Below are positions 1 through 9,948 of a DNA stretch of 64,000 nt, piece by piece; position 1 is the stretch's first letter; each line of letters begins with the position of its first letter. Where the stretch lies: NCBI GenBank assembly GCA_965661685.1, contig CBFIET010000122.1, forward strand, positions 93,106 through 157,105. Direction: 5' to 3'. The notes beneath the pieces are model-generated. The model saw only the letters and a program-made list of their open reading frames with translations, was not told the DNA's origin and did not search any database. The position numbers were made by a program, and so were the translations under genes. This DNA comes from Planctomycetota bacterium (GTDB taxonomy: Bacteria; Planctomycetota; UBA8108; UBA1146).

Positions 1-687
1 ATGGCCCTGGCAAGAAAACTCGGCAAGTATCCGATCCTGGTCAAGGATTCACCAGGTTTCCTGGTCAACCGTTTGCTCTTGCCGTACCTCGATGCGGCCT
101 CGAGATTATTGCTCGCCGGAGTCAGCGGCTCACACATCGACAAGGTCGCCAGAGCTCACGGACTTCCGATGGGCCCTTTTCGTTTGATGGACGAGGTGGG
201 ACTCGATATCGGGATCGAGGTTCAGGAAACGCTGCATGCTGCCTTCGGAGAGAGAGCGGCGTCCTCGCCGATGCTGGTGAAGATGGTCGAGAAGGGCTGG
301 CTTGGCAAGAAATCAGGAGTTGGCTTTTACCGCCATGGAGGTCGTGATTCCACCTGGAACGGTGACATCGCTCATATGATCCGTGTGCAGCACTCCACCA
401 GGAGCGAGGCCCAGATCATCTCATCCCTGATCGATCCGATGATCGACGAGGCGGCACGCTGCCTCGATGAAGAAGTGGTCGCCGATGCAGGACTTCTGGA
501 TCTTGCGATGGTGATGGGAACAGGATTTCCTCCTCATCTTGGAGGACCGCTGCGGGCTGCCGATGCAGAGGGGCTCGATGTCATCGAGAAGAGGCTCCGG
601 GCAGCCCATGAAGATGGATCGGCCCGGAGCCCCTGTGAAGGCCTCGTCGATCGAGCCCGACGAGGCGTTGGTTTTTACAGTAGTTGA
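1..687 (+). CDS. 3-hydroxyacyl-CoA dehydrogenase, C-terminal domain portion (5' end probably outside window)
   Basis: Translation KYPILVKDSPGFLVNRLLLPYL...MLVKMVEKGWLGKKSGVGFY matches the C-terminal dimerisation region of FadB/FadJ-type 3-hydroxyacyl-CoA dehydrogenases. ORF begins at nt 1. Confidence 0.7.
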   Translation: MALARKLGKYPILVKDSPGFLVNRLLLPYLDAASRLLLAGVSGSHIDKVARAHGLPMGPFRLMDEVGLDIGIEVQETLHAAFGERAASSPMLVKMVEKGWLGKKSGVGFYRHGGRDSTWNGDIAHMIRVQHSTRSEAQIISSLIDPMIDEAARCLDEEVVADAGLLDLAMVMGTGFPPHLGGPLRAADAEGLDVIEKRLRAAHEDGSARSPCEGLVDRARRGVGFYSS

Positions 688-3519
688 TTACAGTTCGCAG
701 GACCCACAGTTCGTGACCGGTGCGGCTCCGGCTCCACCTCCGAACAGGAAGATCAGCTGGTGAACCACATCGCCGAGGTTGAGGATCTGATCTCCGTTGA
801 CATCTGCCGTTCTATGGCACGGCAAATCTGCACTCATACCAAAGAGGTACAGCACCAGGCTGATCGGATCGGAAGTGTCTTCCAGCCCATCGGCATTGAC
901 ATCTCCCATGGCAAGCACACGGACCTCATTAGCCCGGGTCATCGTCGAAACGGTACCGCATACGCCGTATGCGTTGAGGGAGACCGAGTAGAAACCGGGA
1001 GTTTCGTACAGGTAGCTCACGTCGCCGTTGTTCTGAACCGTCTCACCATTACCGAAGTCCCACATCAGGTGATCTAGCGTACCGGTGGAAAGATTCGTGA
1101 AGTCAGCGCAGAAGGGAGCGACACCTGTCCAGTCCGGTAACTCAAATTGCGCTACCGGCGGTTCACAGATGATCACGTTGATCTGCGAGAAGGCTGTTCC
1201 GCATGGATTCACCACGGTGAGTCTCGCCGTGTAGGTTCCGGGCTGACCGTAGATGTGTACGGTATTCAGATCAGCAGATCCTGTTCCATCCCCGAAATCC
1301 CAGGAGATCGAACTGGCAGCGCTTCCTTCGATGATGCCACTGAAGCCGATGGGGTAGGGGATATCGGCGACGACGACGGTACTGTTGGCAGTGACCTGGG
1401 GCGCAACACACGGCGCATCATCGCCGTGAATCACCAGATTCGCTGCGTTGACCCAGCCCTGAGAACTCAACAGTGTGTCCTGGACTGTAATCACCCAGGT
1501 TCCCTGCATCGATTCTCCAAGGAAAGCGTCGAGGGATCCTTCCGGTTGCATCCGGATACCGGTACCGACCAGTGTCTCGTCGTAATTGATTCCCGATCTG
1601 TCGTAGATCATGTCGATCAGGCTTCCGGCATGGCCACCGAAGGACTCCAGGATACATACGGTTCCCGCTGGCGAGGTCAGCGTCACATGCACCTGATCGA
1701 GAGAGGGGTGTTCCATCGTCAGTGCCAGTTCAAGATCGGCGATGGCAATGTTCTCGAGTACCTCGATATTCAACTCCAACGGTGCTCCTGCGACATTCAT
1801 CTGCAGTGGCTCCAGCATGGTCAGGCTCCAGTTCTGAAGCACGCCATCGTCGGTACTGATCGAATCCACCACCTGTAACTGCCAGTTTCCCTGGCTGTTT
1901 TCGCCGTGGAAATCCGCCATCGTTCCTGGTCCTTGCGCCATCATCGACTGACCCGTTGGCAGATCAGTTGCCGAATAGGGGATACCGTAATTCGCGAATG
2001 TCGTGTGGATTTCGCCGCTACTTGTCGGGCCCTGGTCGATCAGTGTCACCTGCGTCCCGGACGGGCTACTCAGGCTCACCGAGATATCGGACAGGAAATC
2101 GTGGGTGAGGTCGATGGACGCGCCGGGGTTCAACACCGGCTGACTGGCGGTTGCGACGATGATATCCGTGGTTACCGCCGCATTGCTGATTGCCAGATTC
2201 TGAGACCCTTGAAGGAGGATCGGATCGACCACTCCCTGGTAATTCCTCTGTGTCATCTGATTGATGCGGATACACCAGTTGGAGATGGCACCATCATCAC
2301 CTGGGTACAGATCGGTGACGGTGAAGAGCCAGTTTCCGTTCAGTTCTTCTCCGTTGAAGTCACTCAGTGTTCCCGGGCCATCCGCCGTGAGTCCGGCACC
2401 GTCATCATCGAAGGTGATACCCCAGAGAGTTCCGTTGTACTGCGTTTCGTTGAGAAGGTTTACCGTGGTTCCCTCGGGACTGGTCAGTAGCACCCGTAAA
2501 TCCGCAGCAAAACTATGTTCCATCTCGAGATACAGATCTACATCACGAACGGTTCCGTGGGCATCGAGGCTCACCATCTCCATCAACAAGGCTGAGTCGC
2601 TGATGGGGCGGACGCCTCCAGGCGCACATACCTGATACTCGTGCTGGATGGAGGGATTCGGTTGAGGGCACGCAGGAATCGACTCCAGCTCGTAAATTGC
2701 ATTGAGAGAAGCATCGACGATGTACAGGGAAGGGATTCCGCTGGAACCGCTCGATGCATGGGCGATTCCATTCACGAAACCACCGATCGATGAGATGTCG
2801 GTTTCGTCGCGAATGACGCCGAGTTCATCCATGGTGCTGACAGCACTGACTCCAGTTCCACCAGGGATGTTGTGGGGAACCAAAAGCAGGTTGCAGTCGG
2901 AACGATATGCGATGCTATTTCCCGATCCACTTCCAGCAGGATGGCCGATGATTCCACCGAGGAAATCACCGGTCAGGGAATGCTCACTGTACTGATCATG
3001 TGTGACATCAACCGCCCAGATCGTTTGCTCCTCGGTGATGCAGATGTCGCCGATGATTCCGCCACCTGGAAGATCGATGTTTCCTGCGATCTGGGGATCG
3101 GAACCATCCTTCAGGCTTCTCCACAGGTTCGGGGATGCACCCTGCACCGCCCAGTAGATGTAGTCCCCGTAGATGTCGAGACCACTGGTGGAAACACTGC
3201 CCACTGGATTGTTGATTGTGGAGACGACTCCTGCAGCCAGGTTGTCGATGTTGTAGAGGTGTGTGGTTCCACTGAAGAGATCGCAGACGTACAGCTTTCT
3301 CTCCACCTCGTCGACGCAGATCCCCAGGGGATTACTACCGGAGTGGGACACGAACTGGATCGAGTCGCCGGGAGCCATCGGCCCGCTGGAGGAAGCAGTG
3401 GTAGGAAGTAGTGCGCCGCTGGTTTGGGATACGGTGCCTGGCTGCTGGTTCTGTCCATTTACAAACGTAGCGGACAGCAGGATCAGCAGGCACACGGATA
3501 CAAGATGAAACGACCTCAT
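688..3519 (-). CDS. secreted multidomain protein: signal peptide, YWTD/NHL-like beta-propeller region, 3x proprotein-convertase P-domain-like repeats, PKD-like domain, C-terminal type-I dockerin
   Basis: N-terminal MRSFHLVSVCLLILLSATFVNG signal. Three repeats of the type HSFAADLRVLLTSPEGTTVNL / THDFLSDISVSLSSPSGTQVTL / EHPSLDQVHVTLTSPAGTVCIL (P-domain-like). WDFGNGE...GFYSVSL (PKD-like). C-terminal DVNADGLEDTSDPISLVLYLF + DVNGDQILNLGDVVHQLIFLF, two Ca-binding dockerin segments. SD-like sequence upstream of the ATG at 3519. Confidence 0.7.
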   Translation of the reverse strand: MRSFHLVSVCLLILLSATFVNGQNQQPGTVSQTSGALLPTTASSSGPMAPGDSIQFVSHSGSNPLGICVDEVERKLYVCDLFSGTTHLYNIDNLAAGVVSTINNPVGSVSTSGLDIYGDYIYWAVQGASPNLWRSLKDGSDPQIAGNIDLPGGGIIGDICITEEQTIWAVDVTHDQYSEHSLTGDFLGGIIGHPAGSGSGNSIAYRSDCNLLLVPHNIPGGTGVSAVSTMDELGVIRDETDISSIGGFVNGIAHASSGSSGIPSLYIVDASLNAIYELESIPACPQPNPSIQHEYQVCAPGGVRPISDSALLMEMVSLDAHGTVRDVDLYLEMEHSFAADLRVLLTSPEGTTVNLLNETQYNGTLWGITFDDDGAGLTADGPGTLSDFNGEELNGNWLFTVTDLYPGDDGAISNWCIRINQMTQRNYQGVVDPILLQGSQNLAISNAAVTTDIIVATASQPVLNPGASIDLTHDFLSDISVSLSSPSGTQVTLIDQGPTSSGEIHTTFANYGIPYSATDLPTGQSMMAQGPGTMADFHGENSQGNWQLQVVDSISTDDGVLQNWSLTMLEPLQMNVAGAPLELNIEVLENIAIADLELALTMEHPSLDQVHVTLTSPAGTVCILESFGGHAGSLIDMIYDRSGINYDETLVGTGIRMQPEGSLDAFLGESMQGTWVITVQDTLLSSQGWVNAANLVIHGDDAPCVAPQVTANSTVVVADIPYPIGFSGIIEGSAASSISWDFGDGTGSADLNTVHIYGQPGTYTARLTVVNPCGTAFSQINVIICEPPVAQFELPDWTGVAPFCADFTNLSTGTLDHLMWDFGNGETVQNNGDVSYLYETPGFYSVSLNAYGVCGTVSTMTRANEVRVLAMGDVNADGLEDTSDPISLVLYLFGMSADLPCHRTADVNGDQILNLGDVVHQLIFLFGGGAGAAPVTNCGSCEL

Positions 3520-3703
3520 CGGGAGCCTCCGTCGAGATGAATTGAGTCTGGGTTCGATTCCGGGGCAGTGGGATGCAGGGGGACTGTCCCTCGGATCTAA
3601 CGTGTATATCTATTGTAAACCTTGTTAACTCCTCGTCTACCCCGGCTTCGGGTGCAGATTCCTCCGATCCAAGTTACCCTGCAGATGACTGGAGGATGTT
3701 CCG

Positions 3704-5149
3704 ATGTACCGCACCTTTATCGCCAGCACCTTGCTGCTTTTCGTCGTTTGTGGACCCTGTTCGGCAATTGATGCCGGAAAGGATGACCAGGCGAGGAGAG
3801 AAGAACTGGTCAAGAACCTGCAGATCCTCGACCCCAAGATCAGCATGCAGGCGTTTGACCGCATCGCGGTGGAGGGAGATCCTGAGTTCCTGCCGCTATT
3901 GCAACCGGTCCTCGAGGAGAAGGACCAAGCCACCCGCAGGATGGTCGTGTTGCTCGTGGTTCGAGGATTCGAGCAGTACTCCTACGACTTTTTCCAGGAA
4001 GTACTCAAGTCAGGAAATGAGCACGCTCGAGAAGCCGCAGTACATGGCCTGGGAATGATTCTCGATACAAGGGTTCCTGATCAACTGGTTCCTTTCCTGC
4101 TCGATCCCGTGCGTAAGATGCGAGTGGCTGCGCTTCGCGGTTTCTTCTCACAGGCGATGCCATCGGTCAGAGCCGCCATGAGTCGTGTGGTCGGTCAACC
4201 GATCGATGCTCCACCTCAGGCCACTTCCTGTCGCCAGGCAGCGCTGTCAGCGATCGTCACCGTCAGGAAATCACTCCCAGATGACCCCGATATCGTCAAC
4301 ATGTTCCTGAGGCTCTCCGATTCATCGATGGGGGATGTGTTTCGAGACCGTTGGATCAAGGAACAACCTGCTGCCAAACATCTAGAAAAGATCTTCAACG
4401 CCAATGGTCGCTGGATCGGGCGTCCCGCAGTTGCGGGGCATTACGATTACCAGCTCTCGATGGTGAATTTCGATGCCGATTCCTCCAAGGAGATCGTCAT
4501 TCATGCCACTCCATCTCAGATCGAATTACTGCGGTCGATGGGATACGACCTCGACCGCGTGATGCATCTCAGAACCGCAGCGGACCTGTTCTTCACGATT
4601 CCAGACCAGGTCAAGGCTGTCATCGCTCCCATCGAGGAGAACTCCCCGATCGAACTGGAGATCCAGATCTCCTCCTTTCCCATTCGCCATGCCGGTATCG
4701 GACTGCTCAACATCGCTTACTGGGAGGGACGTGTCGACAAGGCGAGCAAAGCGTTCCTGCGTTTCGACCAGGACAGTGGTCGCCTCCTTTCCGAATCGAT
4801 TCGGAATGATGCAGGACAGGAACTCTGGAAACTTGAAGTGGTCGATTGGATCGAGGATCAGCCCTTCCCGCGATCGGTCGCCATCAATTTTCCGGTGGCA
4901 CAGATCGGTGGGCGCAATGCACACCTGAAGGTCGATATCGAATTCCAGCACAGAAACGATTGCTGGTTGCTGAAAACGGCGCAGACGACCGAACAACTCC
5001 CCGACGGGAGCTCCGAGATCCGTGCCTACGGTGAAGTGTCTTGGCTCGCTTCCCCTGAATCCTCTGAAGATTCCACTTCTCCCGAAGGCGGGGAAGAGGA
5101 AGACTCTTCTTCAGGCCAGGGATCCGATGCAGGGAAGCCACGCGAATAG
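3704..5149 (+). CDS. secreted HEAT/PBS-lyase-like repeat protein with acidic Ser/Glu-rich C-terminal tail
   Basis: GGAGGA SD before ATG 3704. Signal-like N-terminus MYRTFIASTLLLFVVCGPCSA. Repeated helical D/E-rich LxxLL segments. No catalytic motif recognised. Confidence 0.5.
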   Translation: MYRTFIASTLLLFVVCGPCSAIDAGKDDQARREELVKNLQILDPKISMQAFDRIAVEGDPEFLPLLQPVLEEKDQATRRMVVLLVVRGFEQYSYDFFQEVLKSGNEHAREAAVHGLGMILDTRVPDQLVPFLLDPVRKMRVAALRGFFSQAMPSVRAAMSRVVGQPIDAPPQATSCRQAALSAIVTVRKSLPDDPDIVNMFLRLSDSSMGDVFRDRWIKEQPAAKHLEKIFNANGRWIGRPAVAGHYDYQLSMVNFDADSSKEIVIHATPSQIELLRSMGYDLDRVMHLRTAADLFFTIPDQVKAVIAPIEENSPIELEIQISSFPIRHAGIGLLNIAYWEGRVDKASKAFLRFDQDSGRLLSESIRNDAGQELWKLEVVDWIEDQPFPRSVAINFPVAQIGGRNAHLKVDIEFQHRNDCWLLKTAQTTEQLPDGSSEIRAYGEVSWLASPESSEDSTSPEGGEEEDSSSGQGSDAGKPRE

Positions 5150-6678
5150 AGTTCGCGGTTGCCCAGCAGCCGCTTGACGATGTCATCCCTGCTGGCATTC
5201 CGAGCCGCACCGATGGCGGCATCCTGCCAGCGCAATGCATCGGCGTGGCGACCACTCGCGGCCAGTAGCATCGCCTTGCTCTCCACCTCTTCCAGCGTCG
5301 TCTGATTCGCCAGCAGTTCTTCGATTTCCGCGAGAGACTGCTCGATCTCGCTGGCGGTCGGATTCTCTGATGTTGCGAGCAATCGGGCGTGCATCGACAC
5401 GAGACGCCGGTTCCGTCCGGTTGCAGAGAGTCCCTCGACACACACCCTCAGCGCCTCCTCGGTCAAATCCATTCGTATGAAGCACACCGCCTCCGCAAGC
5501 CACGCTGCACTCTGGCCGGGAAGTACGGTACGTACACGCCTCATCTCCTGAGCTGCGGTGTCGAACTTCTTGAGCCTCCTGAGGGCATTGGCTCGATTGA
5601 ATCGGGCATCGGTATTGGCAGGATATGCGAGAAGAGCGCGGTCATAGCACTCGATGGCTGCCTCGTCATCTCCACGAGCGGCATGAATCACACCGATGTC
5701 GAACCACGCGGTTGTCGAGGAGGAATCGAGGCGAAGTGCTTCCTGGTAACAAACGATCGCTTCGGGATATCGCTTCAGTTTAGCGAGGGCAGATCCCATG
5801 TTGAGATGTGCGGTAGATGCATCAGGAGCCGCTCTCACCGCCATCTCGAACTGCTCCAGCGCCTTGTCGTAATATCCTTCCTTGAAGAAAGTGGTACCAC
5901 GATTGAGAGGAATTCTCGCTCCGATGGGTCGAGATCGAACATCGGCAAGCCAGCGATCGGGCACCCTTGGAAACGCATCCCCTCGAGACTTCATCTGCCG
6001 TTCTGCTTCATCGGTTCTGCCAGTATCACGCAGCGCCAGTCCGTACGGATAGCGGACTCCAGTGGCTCCTGGAGACAACCTCAGCGCTTCCTCCAGGTAG
6101 ATCACCGCCTGTTGTGGGTCATCCGCCTGCAGTGCCAGGCGTCCGAGTCCGGCAAGGGCCTGGGCGCAGAGGGGATCGACATTCAACATCCTCTGGAAGT
6201 GGGCGATGGCTGCGGCGTCTTGCCCTTGCTGACGCTGCAATTCAGCCAGGGCAGCAAGTGTAGGCATGTGATCCGGCTTCTCCTCCAGCACCACTCGATA
6301 GAGGGAGATCGCCTCCTGCACGTTGCCAAGATCCGCTTCGATTCGTGCCAGCAGATATTTCCACCGGGTTTGCCGGGGATCTTCCTCGATGGCGATCCGG
6401 TAAAGAGAAGTTGCCATCAGCAGCAGGTCATATCCGTGGTAGGAGATGGCGACATCTCCGATCACATTTGAACGCTGCTCAGCTGTGGAGTCGCCAGGAA
6501 TCGAATCGAGACGGGAGTACTCTTCTCTCAGATGATCGGCAACATTCGCCTCGAGTCCCAGCAGTGGTGGAGGGGGGGGCCAGCGGGAAGGATCGCTGCA
6601 GCCGGCAATTACCACGCAACACAACATCCAGCCAGCCGTGATGACACTCCATGACCTGTAAGGTTGCCTCTTCACCAT
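5026..6678 (-). CDS. TPR-repeat lipoprotein
   Basis: N-terminus ...VVIAGCSDP (lipobox-like). Multiple 34-aa TPR-like units (AxxxYxxALxxxP pattern repeated). Start overlaps the stop of the upstream FG-GAP gene, indicating an operon. Acidic S/E tail. Confidence 0.65.
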   Translation of the reverse strand: MVKRQPYRSWSVITAGWMLCCVVIAGCSDPSRWPPPPPLLGLEANVADHLREEYSRLDSIPGDSTAEQRSNVIGDVAISYHGYDLLLMATSLYRIAIEEDPRQTRWKYLLARIEADLGNVQEAISLYRVVLEEKPDHMPTLAALAELQRQQGQDAAAIAHFQRMLNVDPLCAQALAGLGRLALQADDPQQAVIYLEEALRLSPGATGVRYPYGLALRDTGRTDEAERQMKSRGDAFPRVPDRWLADVRSRPIGARIPLNRGTTFFKEGYYDKALEQFEMAVRAAPDASTAHLNMGSALAKLKRYPEAIVCYQEALRLDSSSTTAWFDIGVIHAARGDDEAAIECYDRALLAYPANTDARFNRANALRRLKKFDTAAQEMRRVRTVLPGQSAAWLAEAVCFIRMDLTEEALRVCVEGLSATGRNRRLVSMHARLLATSENPTASEIEQSLAEIEELLANQTTLEEVESKAMLLAASGRHADALRWQDAAIGAARNASRDDIVKRLLGNRELYSRGFPASDPWPEEESSSSPPSGEVESSEDSGEASQDTSP

Positions 6679-8456
6679 CTCTCACCCTGCCCCTGGACGA
6701 TGACGTGGTATCGATCCACATCCAGGTTGGAAAAGGTCTCGATGGTTCCGTCGTTCCAGTGCACTTCCATCGAGCACTTCTGAACCACCTTGCCGAGGCC
6801 GACGACCACACGGGGATCGTTACTGCACAGGTAAGAGCCACCGCGCGAGGAGTTTCGATATCTGGGGGGATTCGATCCCTGACGGAGCACCAGCTGGATC
6901 CCACTGATCACATCACCCCGGGGAGATCGCAGATCTGCACCGATCCAGTGTCCTGCATCTCCCTGAAGATTCTGCAGCACCCGAATCTCTCCGCAGTTAT
7001 TGGTGACGACGATGTCCACGTCTCCATCGTCATCGATGTCTCCAAATGCAGCACCACGCCCTACCGCAGCTTCTTGCAAGATCGTTGCGCTGCGCGGATC
7101 GAGTTCGACAAATGTTTCGCCCTGTCGATTTACGAACACCTGGTCCGGTTGGTCGAGTGGATACGGATCGCCGGCAGCGACTAGCTCTTCCATCCGCTTG
7201 ACCGCTCCATTGGCGATGAAGAGGTCGAGCCAACCATCGTTATCCAGGTCGAACCAGGCGGTTCCGAAGCCGGTCCAGCGACGGCTCGCCACGGCGAGAC
7301 CGGCACGGGCAGTCTCATCGTTGAAGTTGCCCTTGCCATCGTTGCGATAGAGAGTATTGGTCTCGCCGGTGAGGTGGGTGAGAAAGATATCCTGGTCCCC
7401 ATCTCCGTCAAAATCTGCGAGATCAGCGCCCATCGAGGCCTCTGGCCTTCCATCTCGATTGAAAGCACACCCCGTGAGCAATCCGGCATCTTCGAATCGG
7501 AAGGGGGCAACTTGCTTCCAGAAACGGTTGGCCATCCCATCGTTGGCGACGTAAAAATCGAGTTCTCCATCCCCGTCGAGATCGCTACAAACCACCCCCA
7601 GGCCGGCACCTGGAGCGGCTCCAATTCCACTGCTCGATGTCACGTCCTCGAAGGTCCCATCTCCTCGATTGCGGTAAAGACGATCTGGCAGTGGGGGGTA
7701 GGAACTGGGACCGCAATATTCCACGGCACTGCTCTCGGCAAAACAGGGTTTGTGATTGGCAAGAGTGAAATCGATGTAGGAACAGACGTAGAGATCTTCA
7801 TCTCCATCCCGATCGACATCGACAAACAGGGCACTGGTCGTCCAGCGATCGTCGTCGATCCCGGCCGTCGTTGCGCCCTCATGAAAGCGCCCCTCGCCAT
7901 CATTGATCCACAACTGATCCGTTCCGAAACAGCTCAAGAAAAGATCGAGATCCCCATCTCCATCGATGTCTGCAACGGCGCATCCCATCCCGTATCCGTA
8001 TGCCTCGATGCCAGAGAGATCGGTGACATCTAGAAAACTGGGGACTCCATTCCGATCCTTGCCTCGATTTTCAAAGAGGCGCCCCCCCTGCGGCTGACCT
8101 GCGGGAGGAGGCAGGATGCGATCGGCGGGCCCTTTATCCGCGCCGAGCAGGTTTCCCTGGGGAACGAAAAGGTCGAGATCTCCGTCTCCATCCATGTCGA
8201 AGAGAGCAGATCCAGGACCCACCGTCTCGCAGAAGTAGAGTTCACCGGTCATGCCGTTGTCGTGCCGGAAATCGATTCCCCACTTCTCCGATACCTCGAC
8301 CAGTGCCTGCGGAAACTGCTGAGAGGTACAGCCAGCGAGAAGCAGGAAGTGCAGAGATACCGCCACCAGATAAAGTGGCAGGAATAGCCACAACCGGTGG
8401 GTTCGAAACGGGGTTACACCCCAGGAATCAGATCTGAAATCGCTGCCGGGCATTCC
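6672..8456 (-). CDS. FG-GAP repeat / ASPIC-UnbV (CRTAC1-like) protein; ORF extends to 8561 but the signal/lipobox at M36 suggests a start near 8456
   Basis: Repeated DxDGDGDLDLF / DLDGDGELDFYVAN Ca-binding FG-GAP motifs and a C-terminal UnbV/ASPIC-like region. Hydrophobic leader LWLFLPLYLVAVSLHFLLLAGC follows the internal Met. Confidence 0.7.
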   Translation of the reverse strand, partial: GMPGSDFRSDSWGVTPFRTHRLWLFLPLYLVAVSLHFLLLAGCTSQQFPQALVEVSEKWGIDFRHDNGMTGELYFCETVGPGSALFDMDGDGDLDLFVPQGNLLGADKGPADRILPPPAGQPQGGRLFENRGKDRNGVPSFLDVTDLSGIEAYGYGMGCAVADIDGDGDLDLFLSCFGTDQLWINDGEGRFHEGATTAGIDDDRWTTSALFVDVDRDGDEDLYVCSYIDFTLANHKPCFAESSAVEYCGPSSYPPLPDRLYRNRGDGTFEDVTSSSGIGAAPGAGLGVVCSDLDGDGELDFYVANDGMANRFWKQVAPFRFEDAGLLTGCAFNRDGRPEASMGADLADFDGDGDQDIFLTHLTGETNTLYRNDGKGNFNDETARAGLAVASRRWTGFGTAWFDLDNDGWLDLFIANGAVKRMEELVAAGDPYPLDQPDQVFVNRQGETFVELDPRSATILQEAAVGRGAAFGDIDDDGDVDIVVTNNCGEIRVLQNLQGDAGHWIGADLRSPRGDVISGIQLVLRQGSNPPRYRNSSRGGSYLCSNDPRVVVGLGKVVQKCSMEVHWNDGTIETFSNLDVDRYHVIVQGQGERW

Positions 8457-8563
8457 TTGCGTCCTGTCCTGGCTCTGCTGTTGCAGGCCGATTCCACTGG
8501 ATACTTTTCCAGTGTCAGCGAGAATGAGGAGAACACCTCTCCCTCGAGTTAGGATACACATTC

Positions 8564-9619
8564 ATGGTTACGGTGACAGCAAGACGAGCAGGAGTACGCC
8601 AGCAGACCGCAACGCTACTGGTACGAGCGCTTCTCACCCTATTGTTATGCATTCCGTCAGGGGAGGCACGATCAGATCAATTCCATCTGGAGGATGGTCG
8701 CGTCATCGAGGGTAGTATCGTGCGAGAAGTTGGCGACCTGGTCAGTATCCGCGACCTTGAAGGCAAGGTTGTCACCATCGATCGTGATCAGATCACCAAG
8801 ACGGTCAAGAAGGAAACCCCGCTCGATCAGTACCGAAATCGACTTTCGAATTTAGAGGATGACGACCTTGCAGGGCAGATCGAGATCGCCAACTGGTGTA
8901 CCTCGGTAAAGCTCAACAGCGAAGCACTGAAGCACTGGAAAGTGGTGATCCGGCTCGACCCGGATCACGACCAGGGGCGCAGAGTCCTCGGTTATGTATG
9001 GATCGGAGGGGACTGGTACATCTCCGGCTCGCAGGAGGCCAAGAAGAGGCAGGCTGATCTGGAGCTGGATCCTGCGACACCGCCCCACGAGATTCCCGAG
9101 GACTTGCGCCTTCCCGACTGGAACCGAGAAAAACCTGTCGATCTTCCTGACCTTCCGCCTCTACCCACACAAGGCGTAGATCGAGTCGTGGTCATCGCCG
9201 ATGAGAAGCTGGGGAAAAAGGCTCCGGAACGATCGGGTGCGCCTTACCACCTGGCCAGAATGGGTGGCAAGATCCAGTTCGTGCCAGGCACCGATGACGG
9301 CAAGGTTCCCGTCATCGTCAAGATCAAGATCCGCTGCTATTTCGTAAAGTTGCAGACCTTCTACGGAGCTCCCGTCGCCAACATCTTCCAGGGTGAAGCG
9401 ACGGCCAAGTTTTTCCAGCGCAACGACAAGGGTGAACTTGTGCTGCGCAAGACCACCTCGGTACGGATCCCATTTTCCTCCAGCGCACAACGCCCCAAGG
9501 ACAAAGCACTGCTCTACACCTACTACATGACCCTCGATTCCATCGCTGCCAGGGTCTCACGGTGGGGTTGGATGAAGCAGAGGGGTTCTCGATCGCTTCC
9601 CATCCCGGACACCCCATGA
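8564..9619 (+). CDS. hypothetical secreted protein
   Basis: ATG at 8564. N-terminal hydrophobic leader LLVRALLTLLLCIPSGEA. No recognisable catalytic motifs. Confidence 0.45.
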   Translation: MVTVTARRAGVRQQTATLLVRALLTLLLCIPSGEARSDQFHLEDGRVIEGSIVREVGDLVSIRDLEGKVVTIDRDQITKTVKKETPLDQYRNRLSNLEDDDLAGQIEIANWCTSVKLNSEALKHWKVVIRLDPDHDQGRRVLGYVWIGGDWYISGSQEAKKRQADLELDPATPPHEIPEDLRLPDWNREKPVDLPDLPPLPTQGVDRVVVIADEKLGKKAPERSGAPYHLARMGGKIQFVPGTDDGKVPVIVKIKIRCYFVKLQTFYGAPVANIFQGEATAKFFQRNDKGELVLRKTTSVRIPFSSSAQRPKDKALLYTYYMTLDSIAARVSRWGWMKQRGSRSLPIPDTP

Positions 9620-9948
9620 TTGATTCCGCCTCCACACCTCAACAACCGCAACTGCAACCTTTCCCCGAGCCGACCGCACGAGCCCGAAAAATCGTCACCT
9701 TGCAGATCCTTGGTAGCCTGCTGCGGGGGACCTTCCACATCATCTGCTTTCCACTGTTCCTGCTGCGCAGTCATTCGATCTCTCGCCAGATGGCCTCGAT
9801 CATCACCGCCGATGAATCCCAGGACAGCTCTGCCCCTGCACCTCCCAGCAGCTGAGAGAACCCTTTCCACCACTTCCAACAGTTGGTAGCCTTCGCCCTG
9901 TTCCACCTCCTGTACGGGGGTTGAGTTCCCCATGGGAGGACCACCAGG

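Noticed and set aside
3546-3575. tRNA T-arm-like motif GGGTTCGATTCCGGGG in the 3520-3703 intergenic region
   Set aside because: No complementary acceptor-stem 5' strand, D-arm or anticodon arm upstream. The required ~55 nt would overlap the CDS start at 3519, and the T-stem has a mismatch. Judged a chance occurrence.
9616-9855. Small ORF (MIDSASTPQQ..., ~79 aa with one hydrophobic segment) in the pgk upstream region
   Set aside because: No SD, no homology, and proline/glutamine-rich low complexity. More likely the pgk 5' UTR/promoter region than a gene.
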